From Paracoccaceae bacterium (lineage in GTDB: Bacteria; Pseudomonadota; Alphaproteobacteria; Rhodobacterales; Rhodobacteraceae), in assembly GCA_030148745.1 (NCBI GenBank), contig JASBSV010000013.1:164-64163 (forward strand): 64,000 nucleotides of DNA. Reading direction: 5' to 3'. Under the pieces are notes generated by a model, which was not told where the DNA came from, made no database searches, and was given only the letters and a program-made list of their open reading frames with translations. Below are positions 48,026 to 57,900 of this stretch, piece by piece. Positions within the stretch are counted from its first letter, which is position 1. Each line of letters opens with the position of its first letter. Both the position numbers and the translations under genes were made by a program.

Positions 48026-48583
48026 ATGAAGGATTTGGATCACGGGCTGGAGCGCAAGTTCTGTCGGTTGGGTGAAGAGCTGACGGTGACTGATGGCACG
48101 GTCATTTCTGGCTATGCCTCGTATTTCGGGCAATGCGATCAGGGCGGCGATGTCGTGGCCGAGGGCGCTTATGGCCGGTCTCTGAAGGCGATGCAGGCCA
48201 CGGGGCGCAGGGTCAGGATGCTGTGGCAGCACGATCCGGCCCAGCCGATCGGCGTCTGGGACGAGGTGCGCGAGGACAGTCGCGGGCTTTACGTCAAGGG
48301 GCGGCTTTTGACGGATGTAGAAAAGGGTCGCGAGGCGGCTGCGTTGATCGGGGCGGGGGCCATTGACGGGCTGTCGATCGGTTATCGCACCGTGCAGGCG
48401 ACCAGAGATGCCAAGGGCCGCAGGCTTTTGGCCGAGCTGGAGCTTTGGGAGGTGTCGCTTGTCACCTTTCCGATGCTGCAGAACGCGCGGGTCGGCGTCA
48501 AGGGGGAAACCCCGGATGGTGCGGACTTGCGTGACGTGGCGGCGGTTCTTCGGAACGCGCGCCGGATGCTGACCCAGACCTGA
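48026..48583 (+). CDS. g4: GTA prohead protease (HK97 family, S78)
   Basis: ISGYASYFG..DQGGDVV..GAY, LWQHD, GLSIGY motifs. An alternative ATG at 48002 forms an ATGA overlap with the portal stop. Confidence 0.9.
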   Translation: MKDLDHGLERKFCRLGEELTVTDGTVISGYASYFGQCDQGGDVVAEGAYGRSLKAMQATGRRVRMLWQHDPAQPIGVWDEVREDSRGLYVKGRLLTDVEKGREAAALIGAGAIDGLSIGYRTVQATRDAKGRRLLAELELWEVSLVTFPMLQNARVGVKGETPDGADLRDVAAVLRNARRMLTQT

Positions 48584-48620
48584 GTCAGCCATTTCCAACC
48601 TCAGAAAGCAGGATTGTTTT

Positions 48621-49823
48621 ATGGGAAAAACCGAGACCAAGGCTCGGTCCGGGACGGATGTGTCCAGGGATCTCACGCCGGCCCAGGAAGTGAAGACGGC
48701 GCTCGCCGATTTCATGGGCGATTTCAACTCGTTTCAAACTGACATTTCGACAAAACTTCAACAACAGGAAGAGCGACTGACCATGCTTGATCGCAAGACG
48801 ATGACCGCTGCACGCCCCGCGCTTGCAACCGCTGCCGAAACCGATGCGCCGCACCAGAAGGCGTTCAATGCCTATCTTCGCAGTGGCGATGACGACGGGC
48901 TGCGTGGCCTTGAGCTTGAGGGTAAGGCGCTGTCTTCGGCGGTGGCCGGCGATGGTGGCTATCTTCTGGATCCGCAGACCGCGGAAACCATCAAGAGTAC
49001 CCTTGCCTCGACCGCCTCGCTGCGGGCGCTGGCAAGTGTTGTCACGGTCGAGGCGACATCCTTTGATGTGCTGATCGATCATACCGATATCGGTGCCGGC
49101 TGGGCCACCGAAAGCGACCCGGTCACCGAGACCGGCACGCCGCAGATCGACCGCATCACCATCCCGCTGCACGAGCTGAGCGCGCTTCCCAAAGCTTCGC
49201 AGCGGCTGCTGGATGACAGCGCCTTTGACATCGAAGGCTGGCTGGCGTCGCGGATCGTGGACAAGTTCAACCGGGCCGAGGGCGCGGCATTTGTCAATGG
49301 TGACGGTCTGGACAAGCCCAAGGGGTTCCTGACCTATCCCGCCTCGGCCGATGGCACCGAGCTGTGGGGCGAGCTGGGCTATGTGGCAACCGGGGCCGAT
49401 GGCGGTTTTGACGCCACCAATCCCGCCGATGCGATTGTCGATCTGGTCTATGCTTTGGGCGCGCGTTACCGCGCCAACGGCAGCTTTGTGATGAACTCCA
49501 AGACCGCCGGCGTTGTGCGCAAGCTGAAGGACGCCGATGGCCGTTTCCTGTGGTCCGATGGTCTGGCCGCGGGTGAGCCTTCGCGTCTGATGGGCTATCC
49601 GGTTCTGGTCTGTGAGGATATGCCCGATATCGCCATCGGTTCGTCCTCGATCGCCTTTGGCGATTTCGCTTCGGGCTATACGATTGCCGAGCGACCCGAC
49701 ATCCGCGCTCTGCGCGATCCCTTCTCGGCCAAGCCGCATGTTCTGTTTTATGCGACCAAGCGCGTGGGCGGTGATGTCAGCGACTTCAAGGCGATCAAAC
49801 TTTTGAAATTCGCAATCAGCTAA
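48621..49823 (+). CDS. g5: GTA major capsid protein (HK97 fold)
   Basis: 400 aa with an N-terminal delta-like coiled region and the HK97 MCP family. AGCAGGA RBS present. Confidence 0.95.
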   Translation: MGKTETKARSGTDVSRDLTPAQEVKTALADFMGDFNSFQTDISTKLQQQEERLTMLDRKTMTAARPALATAAETDAPHQKAFNAYLRSGDDDGLRGLELEGKALSSAVAGDGGYLLDPQTAETIKSTLASTASLRALASVVTVEATSFDVLIDHTDIGAGWATESDPVTETGTPQIDRITIPLHELSALPKASQRLLDDSAFDIEGWLASRIVDKFNRAEGAAFVNGDGLDKPKGFLTYPASADGTELWGELGYVATGADGGFDATNPADAIVDLVYALGARYRANGSFVMNSKTAGVVRKLKDADGRFLWSDGLAAGEPSRLMGYPVLVCEDMPDIAIGSSSIAFGDFASGYTIAERPDIRALRDPFSAKPHVLFYATKRVGGDVSDFKAIKLLKFAIS

Positions 49824-49837
49824 GGCGGTTTGCGAAT
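49808..49837 (+). repeat. Hairpin enclosing the capsid gene stop codon
   Basis: ATTCGCAA (49808-49815) and TTGCGAAT (49830-49837), a perfect 8-bp inverted repeat. The 14-nt loop contains the TAA at 49821-49823. Confidence 0.4.
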
Positions 49838-50014
49838 ACGGTCCGGGCCCTTTTCGCGGCTCGGGCTGTCGGTGGACGTCTGCCGTCATGCTGTATTGTC
49901 TAGCTGCTCCCCTCCGTCCGAGCAATGCAGCGGCAGGCGTCCACTTTGATCTTTGCGCTGGGGCCCTTTGGGTGCCCTTCAGGGCGGGGGAACCGATATT
50001 TTCGGAGAATTTCC

Positions 50015-50614
50015 ATGATGTTGATCGAGCAAACCTCGGTGCCGGGGACGGCGCTTCCGGTTGCGGAATTCAAGGATCACTTGCGTCTGGGTACGGGGTT
50101 TGCCGATGGCGACATTCAGAACGCGGTGCTTGAGACATATTTGCGCGCGGCAATGGCGGCGATCGAGGCGCGGACCGGCAAGGCGCTGTTGTCGCGTCAG
50201 TTCGCATGGACGCTGACGGCATGGCGCGATGCGTCGCGTCAGGTGTTGCCGGTGGCGCCGGTTGCCACGATCACCGCGGTGACGGTGAGCGATGTGCAGG
50301 GCGTGGGGGCGGTTGTCAGTGCCGGGCTTTACCGTCTGGTTCAGGACATGCAGCGCCCTGCGATGGAGGCAACGGGCGCCCTGTTGCCGGCTATCCCGCG
50401 CGGGGGGGCGGCCGAGATCACCTTTGAGGCGGGCTTTGGCGCGGTATGGGGCGCGCTGCCGGGGGATCTGCAGCAGGCCATGCTGATGCTGGCGGCGCTT
50501 TACTATGAGCACCGGCTTGAGAGCGATTTTCCCCGCGAAAGCATGCCGATGGGGGTGATGTCGCTGATTGAGCGGTATCGCGGGCTGCGGCTTTTGGGTG
50601 GGAGCGCGTCGTGA
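50015..50614 (+). CDS. g6: GTA head-tail connector (phage gp6-like)
   Basis: 199 aa from MMLIEQTSVPGTALPVAEFKDHLRLG, a typical gp6-like head-tail connector N-terminus. Confidence 0.85.
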   Translation: MMLIEQTSVPGTALPVAEFKDHLRLGTGFADGDIQNAVLETYLRAAMAAIEARTGKALLSRQFAWTLTAWRDASRQVLPVAPVATITAVTVSDVQGVGAVVSAGLYRLVQDMQRPAMEATGALLPAIPRGGAAEITFEAGFGAVWGALPGDLQQAMLMLAALYYEHRLESDFPRESMPMGVMSLIERYRGLRLLGGSAS

Positions 50615-50949
50615 AACCCGTCAGGCTGAACAGAAAACTGACGCTGGAGGCGGCGCAGCGCCTGTCGGATGGCGCTGGCGGTTTTAGCGAGGCATGGGTG
50701 GCGCTGGGCGACCATTGGGCCGAGATCCGCGCCGGAATGGGGCGCGAGCGGCCACAGGATTTCGCGACATTCTCGGCCGTGCATTACCGCATCATCCTGC
50801 GCGCCGCGCCTTTTGGCGCGCCCTCGCGCCCGCGCCCCGAGCAGCGGTTTCGCGAAGGTGACAGGATTTTCCACATCAAAGCGGTGGCCGAACTGGATCC
50901 GGCGGGTCGCTATCTGACCTGTTACACATATGAGGAGGTCGCGTCATGA
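50611..50949 (+). CDS. g7: GTA head closure / head-tail adaptor protein
   Basis: 112 aa. GTG start overlaps the g6 stop (GTGA). Head-closure family by size, position and sequence. Confidence 0.85.
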   Translation: MKPVRLNRKLTLEAAQRLSDGAGGFSEAWVALGDHWAEIRAGMGRERPQDFATFSAVHYRIILRAAPFGAPSRPRPEQRFREGDRIFHIKAVAELDPAGRYLTCYTYEEVAS

Positions 50950-51350
50950 GCTACGGCGTAGGGGCCGCGCTTCAGTCGGCGGTTTATGGGCGGCTGAGTT
51001 CGGATGCGGCGATCGCGGCGCTGGTGGGCACGGCGATTTACGACGAGACGCCCGCCGGCACATTGCCCAGCACATTCGTCAGCCTTGGGCCGGAAGAGGT
51101 GCGTGACAGATCGGACGCAACCGGCAGTGGCGCAAACCATTATTTCACCGTCAGCGTCATCACCGATGCGGCGGGTTTTCAGGCCGCCAAAGAGGTTGCG
51201 GCGGCGGTTTCGGACGCGCTGAACGATGCCAGTTTCCCGCTTGCGCGCGGCTTTCTGGTGGCGATGCGGTTTCAGCGCGCTTCGGCCAGGCGGCTGCGCG
51301 GGCAGCGCCGGATCGACCTGAGATTTCATGCACGTGTGCAAGACAACTGA
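50946..51350 (+). CDS. g8: GTA g8 (DUF3168 tail-completion-like protein)
   Basis: 134 aa with an ATGA overlap with g7. The call rests on position and sequence similarity to the DUF3168 family. Confidence 0.8.
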   Translation: MSYGVGAALQSAVYGRLSSDAAIAALVGTAIYDETPAGTLPSTFVSLGPEEVRDRSDATGSGANHYFTVSVITDAAGFQAAKEVAAAVSDALNDASFPLARGFLVAMRFQRASARRLRGQRRIDLRFHARVQDN

Positions 51351-51373
51351 CATTAACACTTGGAGTATCGGAC

Positions 51374-51787
51374 ATGGTTGCCCAGAACGGCAAAGACCTT
51401 TTGATCAAGCTCGACCTGACGGGGGTCGGTCAATTTGAAACCATCGCGGGGCTGCGCGCCACGCGCATCAGCTTTAACGCCGAAAGCGTGGATGTCACCA
51501 GCCTGGAAAGTCAGGGCGGCTGGCGCGAGCTTTTGGCCGGTGCGGGGGTGAAATCGGCTGCGATTTCAGGCTCGGGCGTTTTCAAGGATGCAGCCACCGA
51601 CGAGCGGGCCCGGCAGATTTTCTTTGACGGCGAGACGCCGAATTTTCAGGTGATCATTCCCAGTTTCGGTACCGTCGAGGGGCCGTTTCAGATCACCTCG
51701 GTCGAATATTCGGGAAGCCATAACGGCGAGGCCAGTTACGAGCTGTCGATGGCTTCGGCCGGGGCGCTGAGCTTTACGGTTCTGTGA
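51374..51787 (+). CDS. g9: GTA major tail protein (TP901-1 family)
   Basis: 137 aa; MVAQNGKDLLIKLD...TIAGLR...SGSGVF... is typical of this family. Confidence 0.9.
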   Translation: MVAQNGKDLLIKLDLTGVGQFETIAGLRATRISFNAESVDVTSLESQGGWRELLAGAGVKSAAISGSGVFKDAATDERARQIFFDGETPNFQVIIPSFGTVEGPFQITSVEYSGSHNGEASYELSMASAGALSFTVL

Positions 51788-52113
51788 TGAGCAATCCCTG
51801 GAGGGGTGAGGTGGCGCTGACCGTAGACGGCCAGCGGCGCATGATGAAGCTGACGCTGGGGGCGCTGGCCGAGCTGGAGGCAGAGCTGCAATCGGGCACT
51901 CTGGTCGAGCTGGTCGAACGCTTTGAGAGCGAGGCCTTCAGCACCCGCGATGTGCTGGCGCTGATTGTGGCGGGGCTGCGCGGGGGCGGCTGGGATGTGC
52001 GATGCGGCGATCTGCTGGCGGCCGATATCGGGGGCGGGCCGCTGGCGGCGGCGCGGGCGGCGGCCGAGCTTTTGGCGCTGGCGTTCCAGATGCCCCGCAC
52101 GGGGCCGCAGTGA
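51787..52113 (+). CDS. g10: GTA tail assembly chaperone (g10)
   Basis: About 108 aa. The start overlaps the g9 stop. NPWRGEVALTVDGQRRMMKLTLGALAELE is typical of GTA g10. Confidence 0.8.
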   Translation: MSNPWRGEVALTVDGQRRMMKLTLGALAELEAELQSGTLVELVERFESEAFSTRDVLALIVAGLRGGGWDVRCGDLLAADIGGGPLAAARAAAELLALAFQMPRTGPQ

Positions 52114-52313
52114 GCGGGTTCGACTGGCCGGTGCTGATGCGGGCCGGGATGCGCGGGCTGGGATTGAAACCCGATGAGTTCTGGGCGCTGAGCCCGGCGG
52201 AACTGGCGCTGATGCTGGGTCGCGACGAGGGGCGCGCGCCGCTTGACCGGGCCGGGCTGAGCGCGCTGGCAGAGGCCTTTCCTGACAAGGTTGAAGGGGA
52301 ACAAAATGAGTAG
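52110..52313 (+). CDS. g10.1: GTA g10.1 (rcc01693-like tail assembly protein)
   Basis: 67 aa from a GTG that overlaps the g10 stop (GTGA). Its frame is -1 relative to g10 and is open upstream to 52002. Confidence 0.65.
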   Translation: MSGFDWPVLMRAGMRGLGLKPDEFWALSPAELALMLGRDEGRAPLDRAGLSALAEAFPDKVEGEQNE

Positions 52314-52956
52314 AGACAGCGAGTTGAACGGCATCGATGGGATCGAGGCCGCGCTGGATGGCGCGGGCGATGTGGCGGCGGAATTTACCCGCCGGATGCA
52401 GGAATTACGCAACTCGGTCGGGACGACAACCAAAGAGGTCGAGACCCTGTCCAGGGGCATGTCGCGCGGGTTGCGGCGGGCGTTCGATGGCGTGGTTTTT
52501 GACGGCATGAAACTGTCCGATGCGTTGCAGACGATCGCCAGATCGATGGTCAACACGGCCTATTCCGCCGCGATCCGCCCGGTGGCGAGCCATTTCGGTG
52601 ATCTGATCTCGGGCAGTGTGGCCGGTGCGGTTCAGGGGCTTTTGCCGTTCGAGAAGGGCGGCAGTTTCAGTCAGGGAAGGGTGATGCCCTTTGCCCATGG
52701 CGGGATCGTCAGCGGCCCGGTCAGCTTTCCGATGCGCGGCGGCATGGGCCTGATGGGCGAGGCCGGCCCCGAGGCGATCATGCCGCTGACGCGCGGGGCC
52801 GACGGGCGTCTGGGCGTTCAGGCCAGCGGCGGCGGGCGGCCGATCAATGTGGTGATGAATGTCACCACCCCCGACGTTCAGGGATTTCACAGAAGTCAGG
52901 GCCAGATCGCCGCCCAGATGAGCCGGGCTTTGGGCCGCGGCCAGCGCAACCGCTGA
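52306..52956 (+). CDS. g11: GTA tape measure protein (short)
   Basis: 216 aa in the canonical position between the chaperones and the distal tail genes. The start overlaps the g10.1 end. Confidence 0.85.
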   Translation: MSRDSELNGIDGIEAALDGAGDVAAEFTRRMQELRNSVGTTTKEVETLSRGMSRGLRRAFDGVVFDGMKLSDALQTIARSMVNTAYSAAIRPVASHFGDLISGSVAGAVQGLLPFEKGGSFSQGRVMPFAHGGIVSGPVSFPMRGGMGLMGEAGPEAIMPLTRGADGRLGVQASGGGRPINVVMNVTTPDVQGFHRSQGQIAAQMSRALGRGQRNR

Positions 52957-52969
52957 GAAGGAGCGAAAG

Positions 52970-53602
52970 ATGGACTTTCACGAAGTACGCTTTCCCACGA
53001 GCCTGAGCTTTGGGTCGGTCGGCGGCCCCGAGCGGCGCACCGAGATCGTGACCCTGACCAACGGGTTTGAAGAGCGCAACACGCCCTGGGCCCATTCGCG
53101 CCGGCGCTATGACGCGGGGGTCAGCATGCGCTCGCTCGACGATGTCGAGACGCTGATCGCGTTTTTCGAAGCGCGGCAGGGGCAGCTTTACGGGTTTCGC
53201 TGGAAAGACTGGTCGGACTACAAATCCTGCGCCGCCTCGGCCGAGCCTGATTTCGCCGATCAGAGCATGGGTCTGGGCGACGGGATCAGCGCCGACTGGC
53301 AGATCCTGAAGACCTATCAGTCGGGGGGCATGAATTATGTGCGGCCGATCACCAAGCCGGTTGCAGGCACGGTCAAGGTTGCCATTGCCGGTGACCCGTT
53401 GGTCGAGAGTATTCATTACACCGTCGATACCGCCAACGGGATCGTCACGTTTGATCATCCGCCCGACGAAGGGGCCGAGATCACCGCAGGCTATGAGTTC
53501 GATGTGCCGGTGCGGTTCGATACCGAGCGTATCCAGACCTCGGTCGCCAGTTTTCAGGCCGGCGATGTGCCTTCGGTCCCGATTGTCGAGGTGCGGGTCT
53601 GA
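52970..53602 (+). CDS. g12: GTA distal tail protein (DUF2460)
   Basis: MDFHEVRFPTSLSFGSVGGPERRTEIVTLTNGFEERN is typical of the family. GAAGGAG RBS present. Confidence 0.85.
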   Translation: MDFHEVRFPTSLSFGSVGGPERRTEIVTLTNGFEERNTPWAHSRRRYDAGVSMRSLDDVETLIAFFEARQGQLYGFRWKDWSDYKSCAASAEPDFADQSMGLGDGISADWQILKTYQSGGMNYVRPITKPVAGTVKVAIAGDPLVESIHYTVDTANGIVTFDHPPDEGAEITAGYEFDVPVRFDTERIQTSVASFQAGDVPSVPIVEVRV

Positions 53603-54489
53603 TGCCGGTTTCAGCTGAGTTTCAGGCGCATCTTGCCAGCGGTCCGACCCGGGTTTGCCGCTGCTGGTCGGTGGTGCGCAAGGATGGGCAGGCCTATGGG
53701 TTTACCGATCACGATGCGGATCTGAGTTTTGACGGGATCACCTTTCGCGCCGATACCGGAATGACGGCGCGGGCGCTTCAGCAGACCACCGGATTGTCGG
53801 TCGACAATACCGAAGCGCTGGGCGCTTTGTCGGATGCCGCCGTGACCGAGGCCGATATTCAGGCCGGACGCTTTGACGGGGCCGAGGTGCGCGCATGGCT
53901 GGTGAACTGGTCCGATGTCAGCCAGAGGTTCATGCAGTTTCGCGGAAGCTTTGGCGAATTGCAGCGCGCGGGTGGGGGATTTTCGGTTGAGCTGCGCGGC
54001 TTGACCGAGGCGCTGAACCAGCCGCAGGGCGAGGTTTATCAGGCGCCGTGCCCGGCGATACTGGGCGATGGGCGCTGCCGGTTCGATCTGACGACGCCGG
54101 GATATTTTACCGAGCGCCCGGTCGAGCAGCACGAGGAGGGGCGGAAGTTTTTCTTTGCCGATGCCACGGGCTTTGAAGACCGCTGGTTCGAGCGGGGCCG
54201 GTTTGAGGTGCTCAGCGGCGCGGCGGCGGGGCTGACCGGGCTGGTCAAGAACGACCGGATCACCGCGGATGGCCGCGAGATCGAGCTGTGGCAGGCGCTG
54301 CGTGCGCCGGTGGCGGCGGGCGATATGCTGCGCATCGAAGCGGGCTGTGACAAACGCGACGAGAGCTGCCGGAAGAAGTTCAACAATTTTGCCAATTTCC
54401 GAGGTTTTCCCGATATTCCCGGTGAGGACTGGCTGATGAGCTATCCCGCGCAGGCGGGCGTCAATGACGGCGGAAGCCTGTCACGATGA
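53602..54489 (+). CDS. g13: GTA baseplate hub protein (DUF2163 / BR0599 family)
   Basis: 295 aa; CRCWSVVRKDGQAYGFTDHD is typical. TGATG junction with g12. Confidence 0.85.
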   Translation: MPVSAEFQAHLASGPTRVCRCWSVVRKDGQAYGFTDHDADLSFDGITFRADTGMTARALQQTTGLSVDNTEALGALSDAAVTEADIQAGRFDGAEVRAWLVNWSDVSQRFMQFRGSFGELQRAGGGFSVELRGLTEALNQPQGEVYQAPCPAILGDGRCRFDLTTPGYFTERPVEQHEEGRKFFFADATGFEDRWFERGRFEVLSGAAAGLTGLVKNDRITADGREIELWQALRAPVAAGDMLRIEAGCDKRDESCRKKFNNFANFRGFPDIPGEDWLMSYPAQAGVNDGGSLSR

Positions 54490-54932
54490 GCGATATTGGC
54501 AGGCAGGCGCTGTGCGAAGCGCGCCGGTGGATCGGCACGCCCTATCTGCATCAGGCCTCGGCCCGGGGGGCGGGGTGCGACTGTCTGGGGCTGTTGCGGG
54601 GCGTCTGGCGCGAAATACTGGGGCCTGAGCCGGCGGCCGTGCCCAGCTATACGCCCGACTGGTCCGAGCCCGAGGGCGAGGAGCGTCTTTGGCATGAGGC
54701 GGCGCGGCATCTGCGGCCCGCCTCCCCCGGCCATGAGGCCCCCGGCGATGTGATCCTGTTCCGGATGCGGGCGGGCGCGGTTGCCAAACATCTTGGGATT
54801 GCCGGGCGCACCGGCGCGGCCCCGAGTTTCATTCACGCTTATAGCGGTCACGGGGTTCTGGAAAGCCCGCTGACCGCGCCTTGGCGCCGCCGGATTGTGG
54901 CGCGTTTTCAATTTCCTGATGGGGGAGCCTGA
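54486..54932 (+). CDS. g14: GTA NlpC/P60 cell-wall peptidase
   Basis: 148 aa with catalytic Cys context GAGCDCLGLLRGVW. ATGA junction with g13. Confidence 0.85.
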   Translation: MSDIGRQALCEARRWIGTPYLHQASARGAGCDCLGLLRGVWREILGPEPAAVPSYTPDWSEPEGEERLWHEAARHLRPASPGHEAPGDVILFRMRAGAVAKHLGIAGRTGAAPSFIHAYSGHGVLESPLTAPWRRRIVARFQFPDGGA

Positions 54933-57900
54933 TGGCTACGATTGTCCTTTCGGCGGCGGGATTTGCCGCGGGTGCCTCGGTTGGGGGTACGGTAATGGGT
55001 CTGTCTTCGGCGGTGATTGGCCGGGCCTTTGGGGCAACCCTTGGCCGGGTCATTGATCAGCGTCTTCTGGGCAGCGGATCGCAGGCGGTGGAGACCGGCC
55101 GGGTTGAGCGTTTTCGTCTGACCGGGGCCAGCGAGGGCGCCCCCGTGACGCAGGTTTTCGGACGTATGCGGGTGCCCGGGCAGGTGATCTGGGCCTCGCG
55201 CTTTGCCGAGCAGAGCACGACCACCGGCGGCGGCAAGGGCACGGGCGGGGGCGCGAGCACGACGTTCAGCTATAGCGTCAGCCTGGCGATCGCGCTGTGT
55301 CAGGGCGAGATCACGCGCGTTGGCCGCGTCTGGGCCGATGGGGTTGAGGTGGCGCGCGACGATCTGAACCTGCGCGTCTATGCCGGATCGGAAGAGCAAA
55401 TGCCGGACCCCAAGATCGAGGCGGTCGAGGGGGCGGGCAATGCGCCGGCTTATCGCGGCACCGCCTATGTGGTGCTGGAGGATCTGCCGCTGGGCCAGTT
55501 CGGCAACCGGATCCCGCAGTTCACCTTTGAGGTTTTGCGCGCCGCCCCGCGCGCGCTCGGGTTTTCCGATCTGACCCATGATATCAAGGCCGTCGCGCTG
55601 ATCCCCGGAACGGGGGAATATGCGCTGGCCACCACTCCGGTGCATTACGCGGACGGTCCGGGGCTGAACCGGTCGGCCAATGTCAACTCGCCCAGCGAAA
55701 AGACCGATCTGCGCAGCGCGGTGGAGAACCTGAGCGAGGAGCTTCCCAATTGCGGGTCGGCGTCGCTGGTGGTGTCGTGGTTCGGCGATAACCTGAGCTG
55801 CGGCAGCTGTCAGTTGATGCCCAAGGTCGAGCAGAGCGCCCAGGATGGCGTGGGCATGCCATGGGCGGTGTCGGGGCTGGCGCGCGCGGCAGCGGCGGAG
55901 ATTGCCCAGCTGGACGGGCGGCCCGTCTATGGCGGCACGCCGGCGGATGCATCGGTGGTGGAAGCGATTGCCGAGCTGCGGGCGGCAGGTCAGGACACGG
56001 TTCTTTATCCTTTCATCCTGATGGATCAGCTTGCCGGCAATGGCCTGAGCGATCCATGGAGCGATGCCCCCGATCAGCCGGCCCTGCCGTGGCGCGGTCG
56101 CATCACCCTGTCCAAGGCGCCGGGTCAGCCGGGATCGCCAGATCAGACCGCTGCCGCCGATGCCGAGGTGGCCGCCTTTTTCGGCGCGGCCGGCCTTGCC
56201 GATTTCACCGTCACCGGCACTTCGGTAAGCTATAGCGGCCCGGCGGAATGGTCGTACCGGCGGTTCATCCTGCATTACGCGCATCTTTGCGCGGCGGCGG
56301 GCGGGGTGGGCGCATTCTGCATCGGCTCGGAAATGCGCGGGCTGACCCAGATCCGCGGGCTTGCCGGTTTTCCGGCGGTTCAGGCGCTGCGCCAGCTGGC
56401 GGCGGATGTGCGCCAGATTCTGGGGCCCGACACCAAGATCGGCTATGCCGCCGACTGGAGCGAATATTTCGGCTATCACCCGCAGGATGGATCGGGGGAT
56501 GTGTTTTTCCACCTCGATCCCCTGTGGTCGGATCCGGCGGTCGATTTCATCGGGATCGACAATTACATGCCGCTTGCCGACTGGCGCGATGGCGACGCCC
56601 ATGCCGATGCCGGATGGGGCACGATCTATAACCTTGATTATCTGAAGGCCAATATTGCCGGCGGCGAGGGGTTTGACTGGTACTACCATTCGCCCGAGGC
56701 AGAGGCGGCGCAGATCCGCACGCCGATCACCGATGGCGCCTATGAGGAGCCTTGGGTTTATCGTTACAAGGACCTTAAAAGCTGGTGGTCGAATGCCCAT
56801 TACGAGCGGATCGGCGGCATCCGTCAGGCGGTTTCAACGGGCTGGGAGGCCGGCTCGAAACCGATATGGTTTACCGAACTGGGCTGCGCTGCGGTCGATA
56901 AGGGCCCCAATCAGCCCAATAAGTTTCTCGATCCCAAATCCTCGGAATCCAGCCTTCCCAAATATTCCGACGGCAGCCGCGACGAATTGGTCCAGATACA
57001 ATATCTGCGCGCGATGTTCGAGTTTTGGGGCGTGGCGGAAAACAACCCCGTCTCGACGGTCTATTCCGGCCCGATGGTGGATATGTCGCGCGCCCATGTC
57101 TGGGCATGGGACACGCGGCCTTTTCCCTTTTTTCCCAACAACCGGGATCTGTGGAGCGATGGCGAAAACTATGCCCGTGGCCATTGGATCAGCGGGCGCA
57201 CGGGCGCGCGGTCTCTGGCCTCGGTCGTGGCCGAGATTTGCCGGGCGTCGGGGGTGAGCGATTACGACGTCAGCGCGCTTTATGGTCATGTCAGGGGCTA
57301 TTCGGTGAGCGATCCGGCCACGGCGCGTTCGGCCTTGCAGCCTTTGATGCTGGCCTATGGGTTCGAGGCGATCGAGCGGGACGGGATGTTGGTGTTTCGC
57401 AATCGCGACGGGCGGGCGATGGCCGCGCTGGAGCATGAGCGGCTGGCGCTCTCGCCGGAGATTTCGGGCGATGGCGAGGCCACGCGCGCGCCCGAGCCGG
57501 AAATCGCGGGGCGGGTGCGGCTGAGCTATGTCGATGCCGATGGCGATTATGAGACGCGGGCCGCCGAGGCGATTTTTCCCGGCGACAGCAGCGCCACGAC
57601 ATCGCAATCAGAGCTGTCACTGGCGCTGACCAAGCCCGAGGCGCGCGCGATCACCGAACGCTGGCTGAGCGAGGCGCGTATCGCGCGCGACAGCCTGCGA
57701 TTTGCGCTGCCGCTGTCGCAGCTGGCGCTGGGGGCGGGGGATGTTGTCCGGCTGAACCGTGAAGGCATCGATGGGCTGTACCGGCTGGACCGGGTCGAGC
57801 AGGCGGGTCTGCAGCTGATTGAGGCGGTGCGGGTCGAGAAGCAGGTCTATACCCCCAGCGACGCCGCCGAAGAGCCGGTGCGCCCGCGCCCCTTTGCCGT

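Noticed and set aside
54908-56800. 630-aa minus-strand ORF antisense to g15. The same applies to other long shadow ORFs: 32904-34400(-), 10782-12509(+), 38852-40132(-), 39694-40920(-), 41160-42281(-), 42501-43607(-), 48585-49925(-), 922-2364(+), 2354-3475(-), 3679-4794(-), 7949-9088(-), 46749-47774(-).
   Set aside because: Each lies opposite a gene with clear family motifs. Their products are Arg/Pro/Gly/Ala-rich low-complexity strings with no recognisable domains or RBS. This is the pattern expected for stop-codon-poor antisense frames in a high-GC genome.
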